Below are positions 23,598 to 35,585 of a DNA stretch of 64,000 bases, one piece after another. The position numbers and the translations under genes were made by a program. Where the stretch lies: contig NW_027191407.1 in assembly GCF_041146345.1 (NCBI RefSeq), forward strand, positions 434,001 through 498,000, given 5' to 3'. Source of the DNA: Neodothiora populina. Taxonomy: Eukaryota. Numbering within the stretch: the first letter of the stretch is position 1; each line of letters begins with the position of its first letter. The notes below the pieces were generated by a model, which saw nothing but the letters and a program-made list of their open reading frames with translations, was not told the DNA's origin and searched no databases.

Positions 23598-24694
23598 GCT
23601 GTTTGTTTCGGGCGGTTGTAATTGATTGACAACAAGAGAAAAAATGAAAATGAGGGATGGGCGCCTCTGTCTCGTCCCTTCTCGATTCTGTATAGAGAGA
23701 GAAAGAACTTATTTTATTACTCAAAAACTTCATTCTTGTACATTCTGACATTCAATCAAGAGCAAGAAAAGAAAATGAAATTGAAGAGGGGCAGAGGAAG
23801 TCATCGGGTGGGTAGGCGCGCCCATCATTTATCTTCAAGTGTACGATACAGATTTATCAAAATATCTACAGCGGGAGGCTCTCGTGGCCTTTCTCGAGGT
23901 CAAATGTGAAGAAGATCTGATGGAATGGAAGGCAAACAAAAAGTTGTGTTGCGCTGTAAGACATGAGCAGCGACTTGTGAGTAGTGACTCGCAAGTGTGA
24001 ATCGTGACTTGTAAGCTTAGGTAAATGGTGAAACAGGGTTTGGTTTATTCTCAGTCCGTTGAGTATCCGAAAGGCTGTCCAATATGAAAAGTGATATGGT
24101 ATCTGCAACTTATGTACCTACTAGTATGGTTACTCTGGACTTTGTTTCTGAATATCTCATGTAATCTGATAGGGAGCTTATGATATGAGGTGGAGAAGGT
24201 GTTCCTGGTAGGCTAGGCAGGTGCAGTCAGTACCTTCCTTTGAACAACAAATGGTGCGTTGTGAATGATGGTCTGTCGTGGCAGATCCTCCTGCTGCGCT
24301 GTGCAGTCGTTTTACGCGGATGATCAGATTGTCATAGTATTGCACATACATTAAATGTCAAGACCTCGGAAACGGCAAATGTCTATATAGTAAGTACAAG
24401 GTCCAGTAAGTCATGATAAATAAGACAGACAAAGAAGCCTCGGCTTCGGCATGTGCTCTTCCCTTGTCGTCGCTTCGCCGCTCGCCGCGCCCGCGCTGAC
24501 TGAACTGCTACTGCTGCTTGGTCGGACTTAAGTGTGGATCCCATTCCATATACCATCACACTACCTTGTCTCTCTGTCTCTCCTCTTTTCTTCTCCACAC
24601 TTCGTGGGCTGATTGTACATAGCCGCAGTCGAGTTCAGAAGTGTTCTCCTGGTCTCTGTCAAAAAGTTTATTATCATCATCAACTCCTACCATA

Positions 24695-26748
24695 ATGTCG
24701 TTTCTCGGCGGGCCCGAGTGCTCTACAGCGGCGAACCCTCTCAGTCAATTCACGAAACACGTTCAGGATGACAAGTCACTGCAGCGAGACAGACTGGTGG
24801 GCAGAGGAGGGGCGGGCATGGGCGAGAGCATGCGTTCCATGCCCATGGGGGCCGGGCCTCAAGATGCAGTGAGTTCTTTTGTTACTCGGCGCATTCGTAT
24901 TCAAGTTGTGTACTTTGCTGACGACCAAAGAAGATGATGGACGAGTTCATGCAGTCTTCTGCTCAACTGCCTTCGAATCACATGGCAGCCTCGCCTTTTG
25001 CCATGGAACAAATGAGGCGGGACCTGGATCAGGCAACGAGGCAGCACCAGTCCGCCTCGCCACAGAATTGGGCTGGAGAGTTCGACCCGGCCATGCCTGA
25101 GCAGCAAGGACTGGAGAATGCTTTCCAACAGCGACCTTCGAATGCCGGCTTCAGTCCTGCTGACTTTGCGAGATTTCAACAACAATCACCTGTGGCGAGA
25201 TCAAACAGCCCTATGACAGCAGCAAGCCAGACGCAAAACTACAGACCGATGGTGAATTATGGCGGCTTCAGTGGCATGGGCATGGGCATGGGTATGGGCA
25301 TGGGAATGGGCATGCAGTCTCGATTCGCCCCGAGCTACACGTCACCCATGGAGCAGCAAGAAACGCAGACGACGGGCAAAGGCAAAGAGCGAATGGTCGA
25401 GCTAGACGACAAAGAATGGGAGTCTCAATTCGCGAGTCTCGAGCAGACGGACATGACGGAAGCAGAGGCCAACGCAAAGATGGAAGAAGAATTAAACACT
25501 ATGGACAGGTCAGTCGATGAACAAGCAGGCGAGACGGATCATTTTGGCGATTTCGAAAGTATATGGCGCGGAATCCAAGCTGAATCTCAATCCGCCAGAA
25601 ACTTTGTAGCTGATGAACGTTTCGGTCTGGGCGACCAAGACTCCTTCGATCAATGGGACGGCTTCGACGGTCTCAATACACATCGTGATCCGAACCTGGG
25701 CGATTACATTTTCGAAGCCGAAAACCCCTTTGCCTCACTCAAGGATCCCTTTTCCGAAGGCCAGAAGATCATGGCCGAAGGTGGAAACCTATCGCTGGCC
25801 GCCCTGGCATTCGAAGCAGCAGTCCAGAAATCTCCAGACCACACGGAAGCCTGGACAGCCTTAGGCCAAGCCCAAGCACAAAACGAAAAAGAAGCCCCTG
25901 CGATCCGCGCACTGGAACAAGCCCTGCGACTCGACCCATCAAACCTCGAAGCGCTCATGGGTCTGGCAGTAAGCTACACAAACGAAGGCTACGACACGAC
26001 AGCCTACCGCACCCTCGAGCGCTGGCTCTCCGTCAAATACCCTCAACTAGTCTCCTCGGACGACCTCAGCGCCGCCGCCGACGTCGGCTTCACAGACCGC
26101 ACTCTGCTGCACGAGAAAGTAACCGACCTCTACATCGCCGCGGCCCAACTCTCCCCGCACGGCGAACAAATGGACCCAGACGTACAAGTCGGGCTGGGCG
26201 TGCTGTTCTACGGCGCCGAAGAATACGAAAAAGCAGTCGACTGCTTCGGGGCCGCACTCGCATCAACAGAAGAAGGCACGACGAACAAATCCGGCGAGAT
26301 CCACCTGCTCTGGAACCGTCTGGGCGCTACGCTGGCCAACTCGGGCCGCAGCGAAGAGGCCATCGACGCCTACTCGCGCGCCCTCGAGTTCAGACCCAAT
26401 TTCGTGCGCGCAAGGTACAACCTTGGCGTCAGCTGCATCAACATCGGCTGCTACGAGGAAGCCGCAGAGCACCTGATCGAGGCGCTGGCGATGCACAAGG
26501 TCGTCGAGCAGGAGGGGCTCGAGAGAGTGCGCGAGGTCACTGGAGGAGGGACCAACGATCCTTCTTCTGCTGCGGGCGGCATCTCGGACGCCAAACTCGA
26601 GCAGATGATCTTGCAGAACCAGAGCACGAATCTGTACGATACGCTGAGGAGGGTGTTTGCGCAGATGGACAGGAGGGACTTGCAGGAGCTCGTGGGCCCG
26701 GGCATGGATGTCGAGAGGATCAAGAGGGAGTTTGGGCCTGCTCGCTGA
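24695..26748 (+). CDS. pex5: Peroxisomal PTS1 receptor; intron 24869-24933 (or -24930)
   Basis: MSFLGGPECSTAANPL with the conserved Cys; WxxxF motifs; TPR repeats such as LWNRLGATLANSGRSEEAI and RARYNLGVSCINIG. Confidence 0.96.
25273..25314 (+). repeat. (GGNATG)7 coding repeat giving (GM)7 in Pex5
   Basis: Directly visible. Confidence 0.85.
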
Positions 26749-27158
26749 GGTTACCACCCGGGCTTTTTTGACCCTGCTTCTTTCTTTCGAGTGCACACAG
26801 ATGTAAGAGAGGAGACTGGACTGCTCGGTGAATGAATACATGTCCTTTTTCTTTTCTTTCCTCGTCTCCTTGCTTTTGTCACGTGCTTTCCCTGACAATC
26901 CATTTGCTTTTGCTCTGACGGCAACATGTTTTGTCTTCTCTGATCTGGAGGCCTTATGACCTCAATCCGGCAGCAAAGCGATTACAGAGAACATCAAGAA
27001 CAGACTAGGCGAATACGTCAATGCTTTGATAACGAAGCGCGCATGACGGTAGAAGGAAAGATTATGGTGCTTCGAATTGAAGTAGTAGACATTACAGAAT
27101 CGCGGACAGAAGCAACTCGCAGGTCGAGTCGCAAGCAACAGAAGCGCCCCACCGAACC

Positions 27159-27897
27159 TCAAGCAACGAAGCTCTTGGCCTCAAGAATCACAATCTCCTG
27201 CAACGGCCTGTCACCCCCATCCGTCCTCGCCGCCCCAATCTTATCCACAACATCCATGCCGCCCACAACAATTCCAAACACAGTATGTTTGCCATCCAGA
27301 TGCGGCGTCGGCGCCAGCGTGATGAAAAACTGCGATCCGTTCGTGTTGGGCCCGCTGTTGGCCATGCTCAGGATGCCCTTCTGCGTGTGTTTGAGCGCGG
27401 GGTCGAATTCGTCTGCGAATTTGCCGGAAGGGTAGATCGAGGACCCACCGCGCCCGGTGCCGGTCGGGTCGCCGCCTTGGATCATGAAGTTCGGGATGAT
27501 GCGGTGGAAGATCACGTTGTTGTATTTGCCTGTGTCGGCGAGGGTGGCGAAGTTCTTGCACGTCTTTTTGGAGCAGGGAGGTTAGTTTCGACTTCTTGGG
27601 GGCAGATTGGGAAGGGAGGAAAAGTACCTTGGGGGTTTGCTCGCTGAAAAGCGCGATCGTGATGTCGCCGTAGTTGGTCGTCAGCAGGACTCCGGAAGGG
27701 CTGTCTGAGGTTCCCGAGGACGCTGCTGCTGCACCCGCACCTGCTCCACCGGTAGAAGTGGTGGCAGACGAAGCTGGTTGGGACTGAGCCGCAGAAGACG
27801 TCGATGTCGATTGTGCGGTCGAGGTCGAGGTGGGAGTCGTGTGGGAGGTCGACTCGGCCTTGTCGCCGTGCTTGAAGAGCTTCTTGATTTTATCCAT
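27159..27897 (-). CDS. Cyclophilin-type peptidyl-prolyl isomerase (PPIL1-like) with a Ser/Thr/Ala-rich N-terminal extension; intron 27564-27627
   Basis: [63 protein letters not shown]. Confidence 0.93.
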
Positions 27898-29135
27898 TGT
27901 TGCTTTTTTTTTTCTTGGCTAACTACGACGTGGTATGGAGGAAGGAAATAGAAAAGGAGAAATGTAGATGGAAAGGTAAGGTAGGTAGACTAGAAGTTGG
28001 AATGGGTGATGACGAAGGTGAGACGCACAGCAAAGAATAGGTATAAGGTACCTTAAGGTAGCTTCAGCAATCTTACGGTTACAACCTACACAACCAAGGT
28101 AACCAGTACAGCAGCACGAAGGAGGACTAACCCACCTTCTCCTCTCAAACTGTCACAAGAAGGGCGGGCGTACTGCGCGCCAATGCAGTCGAGACAAGAA
28201 CACGAGAGCTTGCTGCTGCAGTGACGACTCGTCACTTCAAAAAGCTTACCTTACCTACCTAGCTATCTACCTTACCCTTACCTTGCTAGCACCTTCACAT
28301 CGCAATCAATGCACAATGAGAAAACCGGTGGGGGTGAGGGTACGTGAGTTCCAGCAACACCCACCTAGGCACAGCAACAAGGAAGAGAGGGGGAGAAAAC
28401 AACACATCGAGACGTCATAACGCTGGCTTTTCGATAAACTCTAAAGCCCGACGAACGCATCTCGAGCGTTCGGTACAGATTCATGGGTGGCCAAAGTAAG
28501 TCTGTTCCAACTTTTTCTTTATGCTCTGCTTTTTCCTCACAAGGTACTGTACAGTAGGGCACGCGTCACAGCTCTCACTCGATCTGTTGCCTTAGACATG
28601 TTTCGCGTTCGGTGCATAGCGTATCATATCGTGTTGTATCCTCTTTGCGAGAGCGGTACCGTACAGCAATCAATGGTGGTCTGCTAATTTCACTTTCTGG
28701 CGATATCTCGCCGGCCCGGCGCGTACTTGCTTGCTTTACTGGCAAAAATCATGTGGAGCACTGTACCTTGATCTGCAAGCGTCAGGGCTCTACTGTATAG
28801 ACACTAGGGTATCTTTCATGATGCTGCTGCTGCTGCTGCTATGCTGCGTCACCTTCACATGCATGCACAAGGTATGTGCCTGTCAGTGAGGGTAAGATCG
28901 ACAGTGGGGGTGGGCAAGCTTGACTCGCGCAGTGGTTAGTCTGGCTGGTTTGGTTTGCCATGCTATGACCTTGGTGAGGGCGCTTATGTATATTGTTCGA
29001 GGTGATTTATGGTCTCATGTAGGAAAGGCAGCATGTGGTGGACACGATCTGATAGGTGTCGTATAGTATACAATGGTGGCCGTACAGACATGATGCAATA
29101 CACAAGGCATACGGATATTCATCATCATTATCCCA

Positions 29136-31904
29136 TCACCACTCCGTTCCCTGTCCGAGCTTGAACAATCCATTCTTCTTCTTGTCCATACTCCATCTCT
29201 CGATCCAAGTCTTCATCTTCTCCCTCGACTTGGCAGACCCGACATTGACAGTCGGAATCACCTTTTCGATCCTCAGAGCACAGCAAAACATCGTCAGCTC
29301 CCTGAAGCTCGAGTGCTCCGAGTACGGCACGCCGAAACAGCTGGCTCGACTCGTGCTGCCCCTCTGCGGCACGAGCTCTTTCATCGAGTAGTGAGACGCC
29401 CAGTTGCTCGAATGCAGCACTGTCTGCACAGATGGCGATTCGACGAAGCGTGAGTTTGGTGGTCGGTATTGCCAGCCACTCGGTCTGAACCCGACGCAGC
29501 GACCGAACGAGTCGGCGTAGTCTAAAAGGTACTCGTCGAGTGTGTCGGCGCGGATCTCGAATAGCGGCGTCATGTGCACTTGAGCCTCGCGAGGGTTTGG
29601 TGTCATGAGTCCTTCGAGCTCGGCATCTTCCAATGCTCGTACGATTCGAGTCTTGGATGGCGGAGCGTAGATTTTCGAGCCCAAGGCGCGAGCGATTCCG
29701 AGACAGATGCGTTCTTTGCCAATAGAATAAGTGCCCACAACGACAAGAAGTCTACTGCGTGACTTTTCGGACCCAAGCTTGCCGTTCTGCATGACTTTGA
29801 CGTCCTCTTTGCTGTCCTCGTCCTCTTCTTGCTTGATCTTGGGTTCGGAGTCCTTTTGGACGAACTTGACCATTCCCTTGCCGGCTCGTGCCCGCTTCAT
29901 CTGCTCCCATCCGTCACTCTCGTCCGGTGTGACTTTGTTCAGGCTGACGCACATGTCGGCGCATGCTTTGATGACCTCGGTCTGGCTCGGAAAGGCGTAC
30001 TTTGGATTCAAGTAAGTGGTGTCCAAGTAACACACATCGATCTTCTGCTGGCGCGTCTTGCCTGTCACTCTGTCGACGATGTCGGGCATGAGCAGCGGGT
30101 TTTCTAAATGCGCGGGACAGGCTCTGAAATCACCACAGTGCAAGACTCGCTGCAACTTGGGCTTGTGGGCCGTGTGGCCCGCCAATGTCTTTTCGTAGAG
30201 ATATAGCGAAGATCCCGGACAGTGGTTTGCGGAGATCATGGTGACGACAACACCATATGTGCCGGGTACCTCGAAGGGCACTTCCCAGTCCAGCGAGACC
30301 ACATACTGCGGATCGACGCGCAGCTGTTGTTTCACCAGGTTCGCAGTCACCTTGCTGCAATAGATTGGTCCGTGAGTCCAGGAGGAAGTCAAGCCTATGT
30401 AGTGGTCGCTGTGGAAGTGACTGAGGAAATAAGCATTGCATCCCTTGACGGCGCCATATCGAAAGGCATCCACACAGATGTTGAAGCCTGGTAGGATCTT
30501 GTAGAAAGGACAGGTGCGCGTATAGGCCGGCTTACCACGAGAAGCGTTCTCGGCGGCGCTGGCGGCTGCCCATGCGGCGTCTTCTGCTTTACCCGACATG
30601 AGCTTGCTGAAAGCGGAGCCACCGGCGGCGCCTTCACCAAGCTCGAACGGACTTTCTTGCCCAGGCCTCGGCGGACGAGGTGGTCGTTTGAACCGGGCGG
30701 CGCCATCTAGTATGGGTGTCGAAGGTTTCTTTTCGGGCAGCGGTGTGGGATTGCCATCGAGACAACTGTTGACGTGCGTCGAAGCGTCCTGCTCCGAAAC
30801 CTGGTCGAGACTTGCATTGCATATTGGACAGGATGCTGCCTCGACCGGAGTGGTGTCCTCGGTCTTGATGGTAATCTCTTCTTGCTCGAAACTCTCGTCC
30901 TCGATGCCTGCCTCTTCCATCTCGAATCGTCGTTGCTGCTCCAGGTACCTCCTCTCGACGAATTCTTCGCCTTGGTCATAGAGGTCGTCGTCAAAGTCAT
31001 CCTCGATTCCCTCGAAATCGGCAAACTGGTCGGTTTCTGTTAATGCTCCTGACGCGCTCGTGGCTTCGCGGGTTAATTGTGGTGGCCTGGGTGACGCTAA
31101 AGTTTCTCGCTGGATATCTACCTCCTCCTTGGGCTCCGGTTTGATGGTTGCATCCGGTGTGTCTTTGGGGGTCGTCTTCGGTATGTCAACTTGAACTTGC
31201 TCAGGTTCATCTTCGCCGTCGCTATCGGAGTCTTCCATGAACGGTCCAGATGGCTTCTTGGTGTGAGATGGTCCAGTAGTAGTATCCTGAGGTGGCGGGG
31301 GTGTGCAGGCATGTGCTCCATCGATTGAGGTGTTCTCCACAGTGGTGTTCGGTGAATCCACCTTTCTCCTCTTGACCGGGACTTCATTCTCATTGAATCT
31401 GTTCTCGCTCTCGCTCTCTTGTCTAGGCAGGGACACCCCGCCATTACTCAAGTCTTCTTCCTCGTCAAGCAGATCAATCGCCGATGAATCACTATGTTTG
31501 ATGCCAGCCTTGGCGTTGCCGTACAGATCCGTCACGAACAACTGATCCTCGTCCGTCTTCTTGAAGAAACTCAAGATACTCGCATTCGGTTTGGCAGGTG
31601 TTTTGTTTTTTGCTCCGATCTGACTCTGGCTCTTTTTGACATTGCCGCTTCCCCGTCCAGCGGATGGAAGTGCACTCTGTCTAGGGGTGCTGGGCTTGCG
31701 GGCTGGCATGACTTTTGCAGTGGCAGCCATTGTGGTCTTGGGAGAAGAGAAATAAGGCGATACTGCCGTTGTCGCTGCGTGTGTTTGTGGTATAGCGGCA
31801 GAAGAGTAGGAAGTGGATCTGGGTGGCGAAGGCGGTCGTCCTACCGATGGAGTGATCCTGGCGTCTGCGGTTCGTTGGGCATTCTCTCTTGGGTTGCGGA
31901 ACAT
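29136..31904 (-). CDS. pso2: DNA interstrand cross-link repair nuclease Pso2/Snm1 (MBL/beta-CASP with UBZ finger)
   Basis: CPIC..HVNSCLD, CPFYK, FLSHFHSDHY, ANHCPGS, LHCGDFR, YLDTTY, VPYSEHSSF. Confidence 0.95.
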   Translation of the reverse strand: MFRNPRENAQRTADARITPSVGRPPSPPRSTSYSSAAIPQTHAATTAVSPYFSSPKTTMAATAKVMPARKPSTPRQSALPSAGRGSGNVKKSQSQIGAKNKTPAKPNASILSFFKKTDEDQLFVTDLYGNAKAGIKHSDSSAIDLLDEEEDLSNGGVSLPRQESESENRFNENEVPVKRRKVDSPNTTVENTSIDGAHACTPPPPQDTTTGPSHTKKPSGPFMEDSDSDGEDEPEQVQVDIPKTTPKDTPDATIKPEPKEEVDIQRETLASPRPPQLTREATSASGALTETDQFADFEGIEDDFDDDLYDQGEEFVERRYLEQQRRFEMEEAGIEDESFEQEEITIKTEDTTPVEAASCPICNASLDQVSEQDASTHVNSCLDGNPTPLPEKKPSTPILDGAARFKRPPRPPRPGQESPFELGEGAAGGSAFSKLMSGKAEDAAWAAASAAENASRGKPAYTRTCPFYKILPGFNICVDAFRYGAVKGCNAYFLSHFHSDHYIGLTSSWTHGPIYCSKVTANLVKQQLRVDPQYVVSLDWEVPFEVPGTYGVVVTMISANHCPGSSLYLYEKTLAGHTAHKPKLQRVLHCGDFRACPAHLENPLLMPDIVDRVTGKTRQQKIDVCYLDTTYLNPKYAFPSQTEVIKACADMCVSLNKVTPDESDGWEQMKRARAGKGMVKFVQKDSEPKIKQEEDEDSKEDVKVMQNGKLGSEKSRSRLLVVVGTYSIGKERICLGIARALGSKIYAPPSKTRIVRALEDAELEGLMTPNPREAQVHMTPLFEIRADTLDEYLLDYADSFGRCVGFRPSGWQYRPPNSRFVESPSVQTVLHSSNWASHYSMKELVPQRGSTSRASCFGVPYSEHSSFRELTMFCCALRIEKVIPTVNVGSAKSREKMKTWIERWSMDKKKNGLFKLGQGTEW

Positions 31905-32500
31905 GGGAGAGAATGTCAGGACATGTTCACTTCATTCAGCTGTTGTTAATGCAGGTCGTACTGTAAATCATAGGATTGAAGTGGCGTGGGACTGTCTTGC
32001 CTACCTCAAAGTAAGAAGTCGCGCATAGTGGTCTCGCGCCGGGGTCCGCCAAGCTTTTCTCCAATCACGAACTACTACCGCCAATTACCTTACTTACCTT
32101 GCCTAGGTACGCAATTGGATTCTTGTAGAAGGGTCTTATGGACAGCTGGGCTCGATGTAATGATCAAGCAGGACTGTCTTGAATCATTACTTGCATGATG
32201 TACTTGTTTGTTCCCACGAACCATAGCCGCAACCTTATGCATTTGACAGGATTCTACGCGAGCGATATGGAGAGATACAGAGAGAAAAGAAACCAGAACA
32301 ATGTGGATTTCATGCCCTTGCTCGCAGCGATACAGTGCTGGCCATCTGTGGCTAGTCTATTCGCCGCAAGTGATTTGAGGGTGATCATAGAAATGCGCGA
32401 GCGCTTCATGCTGATGCTCGGAATCGAATGTCCCAGTCACGGCATGACCTGTTGCCGCTGATCATGTTTGGACATCGTCTCGATTGGAAGATTTCTCTTC

Positions 32501-33218
32501 CTACACCTGCTTAGCTTTGGCAGAAGCCTGTGCTGCTTCTATGGGACTGTCAGTACTGATGAAGTAAAAACAAGAGTGACATCGTGCTACGTACCTCTTC
32601 TCGTGGCGTCCTCGAGCAGCGGCGTGTCTACACTTGCTGCTGAGAGGTGAACGTAGCGGACCACTGATCCTCTGATGAAGACATTCTTGACCGAACTCTG
32701 TGGCACACGTCATGTCAGTACTGTGCTTGTTCCTTCTTCGTTGCGCTCTGTAGATTCCATCTGCGGTCCCCCCAGTCATGCACCACCTCCTCGTCTACCC
32801 CAACACTCTGGCCATACACGATCAAGCAGCACCAAGTGCCGCTTCTAGATGTCGCTCCCGGACACAGCTTTTGCTAACATGTCTCACGTACCAGGTGGGG
32901 GTATTTGATGTCTTCCAGCACGATGATGTCGTCGAGCTTGATGTTCAAGTATTGATCGACGCTCTTCAGCGTGCCGCGGATCGAGATGTCATTTTTCAAC
33001 TCCACCGTTACTTCTGTTACCGCACGTCAGCTATGGTGGTCGACTAATGAGAATCGGCGAGGGGATGTGTTGGGCGCGTACCGGTGTTGACGAGGGTCTT
33101 GAAGAAACTGTGCGGCAGGTCAGTCATTTGGAATTACAGGTCCCCCAACCGTGATCGCCGGAGCTTGTCACAGCTGGAAGTCCGAATGGATCTCATCCAC
33201 ATACCTGAAGAACAACAT
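32501..33218 (-). CDS. lsm2: U6 snRNA-associated Sm-like protein LSm2; 5 exons (33205-33218, 33082-33107, 32892-33013, 32595-32697, 32501-32538)
   Basis: Spliced product MLFFSFFKTLVNTEVTVELKNDISIRGTLKSVDQYLNIKLDD..KYPHLSSVKNVFIRGSVVRYV..LLEDATRREAAQ. The ORF track misses this gene. Confidence 0.93.
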
Positions 33219-34080
33219 GTTGCGCGGCGATGCGCATGAGCTATCCTCAATCAATTGCGCCGTGATGCACTCACGCTCTCCGATTCAGATGGACCCTGGA
33301 TATAGCACGCGGAGGGCAAGGCGGCGGGGCGGAACATCTTGGCAGGTAGCTGACGTCACTCATCTATCCTTCCATAAGGTAATCAAGCTGCGTTCCATCA
33401 TTGTGCAACACATGGAACAGAAGGACAATGTGAGGCTGAGAAGACCAGGTAACAGTCACCCTTGTTGGTATTGAATTTTGTCACGTGAGGTGCATGTCCA
33501 CGACAAATGTATGGCAAGGCAAGGTAGGTATGCATGCATGTATGGAATGAACACCTCGGAGCAGAAGATGTCGACCTCTTGGCAAATTCCGCCGCATTCG
33601 GCCTATCTGTAGATTTACTGCACATGTCCAGTCGTGAGTACAACTGGAATCTGGGCCTCCTTATAAAGCATCTACAATGCTTATCTCTGTCGTCAGCTCC
33701 GGACTCGAATGAGGTCTGCCTGATATTGGACCGTCCTTAGGCCGACATTACAGCAACGCTCTCCGAGAGCCGTAATGTCCTTAGTGTTGCGTAGACTTGT
33801 AGGTTCATCTGACAAGGCAAGGTGCAGCAATATGCTTTGTGAACCCCCGCGGTGCTCGAGGACGAAGAGTGGATGATGTCGTCACTATGAGGGCCATTTC
33901 CATCGCTGCTCCACCTATTTCCTCATCAGCTTCTGCTGTTTCATGTAAGAGGAGGTGATTCCATTCTGGTTCTCTTCCTCTTTCTCCGTAATGCTTCGTC
34001 TGTTCTCCCAAACAACAAGGTCAACCCTCAAAGGCTCCTTCACACCCGATCCCCAGTTTCGCATCCTCCGAAAAGCAGTA

Positions 34081-35153
34081 ATGTCCCGTGGGTTCCAACA
34101 CCTGAAGTAACACAATCTCCATACCATGGACTGACAGATGCACAGACAAAGCATCCCACGACGACGTCAAGGCTGGCAGCCTTTTCGACGTCTCCCATGT
34201 CACAGCCATCGTGACCGGCGGAGGTACCGGCATTGGTCTGATGATCTCGCAGGCCCTCGTTGCCAACGGAGCCAAGGTGTACATCACCGGCAGAAGACAG
34301 GAGGTTCTCGAGAACACGGTCAGCAAGTACAACCTCGGTCCCGGCAGTCTCCACGCTCTTCCCGGAGATGTTTCAGACAAGCAGGATGTTCTGTGCCTGG
34401 CCAAAGAGGTGGACAAGTTGGAGCCCAATGGCATCCACTTGCTTGTGAACAACGCCGGCATTGCCAGAGATGACAACACTTCATACGGTAGGATCTACAT
34501 TCTAGTCATGTCACAACGAAACCACTGACTCTTTTCTCTCTAGCCAAGAACGGCCAGCCCGATATGAGCGACGCCGAAGCCATCAGCAAGCATTTCCTCA
34601 AGACGGAGCCCGAGAACTGGGCAGATACCCTCAAGACAAACGTCACGGCAGGATACTGGACTTCGATGGCCTTTCTGCCTCTTCTCGCAAAAGGCGGCAA
34701 GACCACTCCTGGCTACAGCTCGAGCATTGTCAACGTTTCGTCCATCTCCGGTGCCATGAAGGGCAACTCTGCCGGCCAGTTCTCGTACGCCACCTCCAAG
34801 GCTGCCTTCACCCACTTGAGCAGAATGATGGCCACCGTCTTCGCCGACGTCAAGGTCCGCGTCAACGTCATCGCTCCTGGTGTCTTCCCGTCCGAGATGA
34901 CCACTGGAAGCAGTGACGAGGACAACAAAAGCCAGATCGACATGACGTCCACCAACCCTGCAGGCAGGAAGGGCAAGGACTCCGACATGGCTGCCACCAT
35001 CTTGTTTTTGGCAAGCAAAGGTGGCGTCTTCTACAATGAGCAGATCCTCTACCCGGACGGAGTATGTCATGTTCTTTTCCATTTTCCGACGTTTAATGGG
35101 CAATCACTAACGAATCGTAGGGCAACACTATCACAAACCCCTCCCAGAAGTAG
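34081..35153 (+). CDS. Short-chain dehydrogenase/reductase; 4 exons (34081-34087, 34146-34487, 34544-35061, 35121-35153)
   Basis: VTGGGTGIG, LVNNAG, YATSK, VRVNVIAPGVFPSEMT, PAGRKG, YPDGG. Confidence 0.9.
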
Positions 35154-35585
35154 ACAACCTGCCTCTGTCTCAGATAATGATCACGAACAAAATTCCGTTA
35201 CCATAATGCAAAATATAAACGCTCTTCATAATCTCACAAGGACGGTATTTTACACCGCGCTCATTCCGCTCTGAACAGAGTCTATCAGATCGTCCCAGCT
35301 CGTGGATCTCCTACTTGTCGTCTGATTGAGCATATATAGACAGGCTTGCCTCGAGCTCGCTTGGTGCAGTGACTATGGCCCGCAGACTGACATTCTTGTC
35401 CCAGTTAGGTTTTGGTCAACACATCTTCAAGTGAGACAGCCAACAACTCCATTATAGATCGAACCAGCTACCAATCTGATTATATCCCAAGTACTTCACT
35501 TCCTACTTTTCTTGCACTTCTCGTTTCTACTTCTGTTTTCAGCAGACACGTAGATGGCGCTCCCACATCCGAATCCGGCTTCCTC

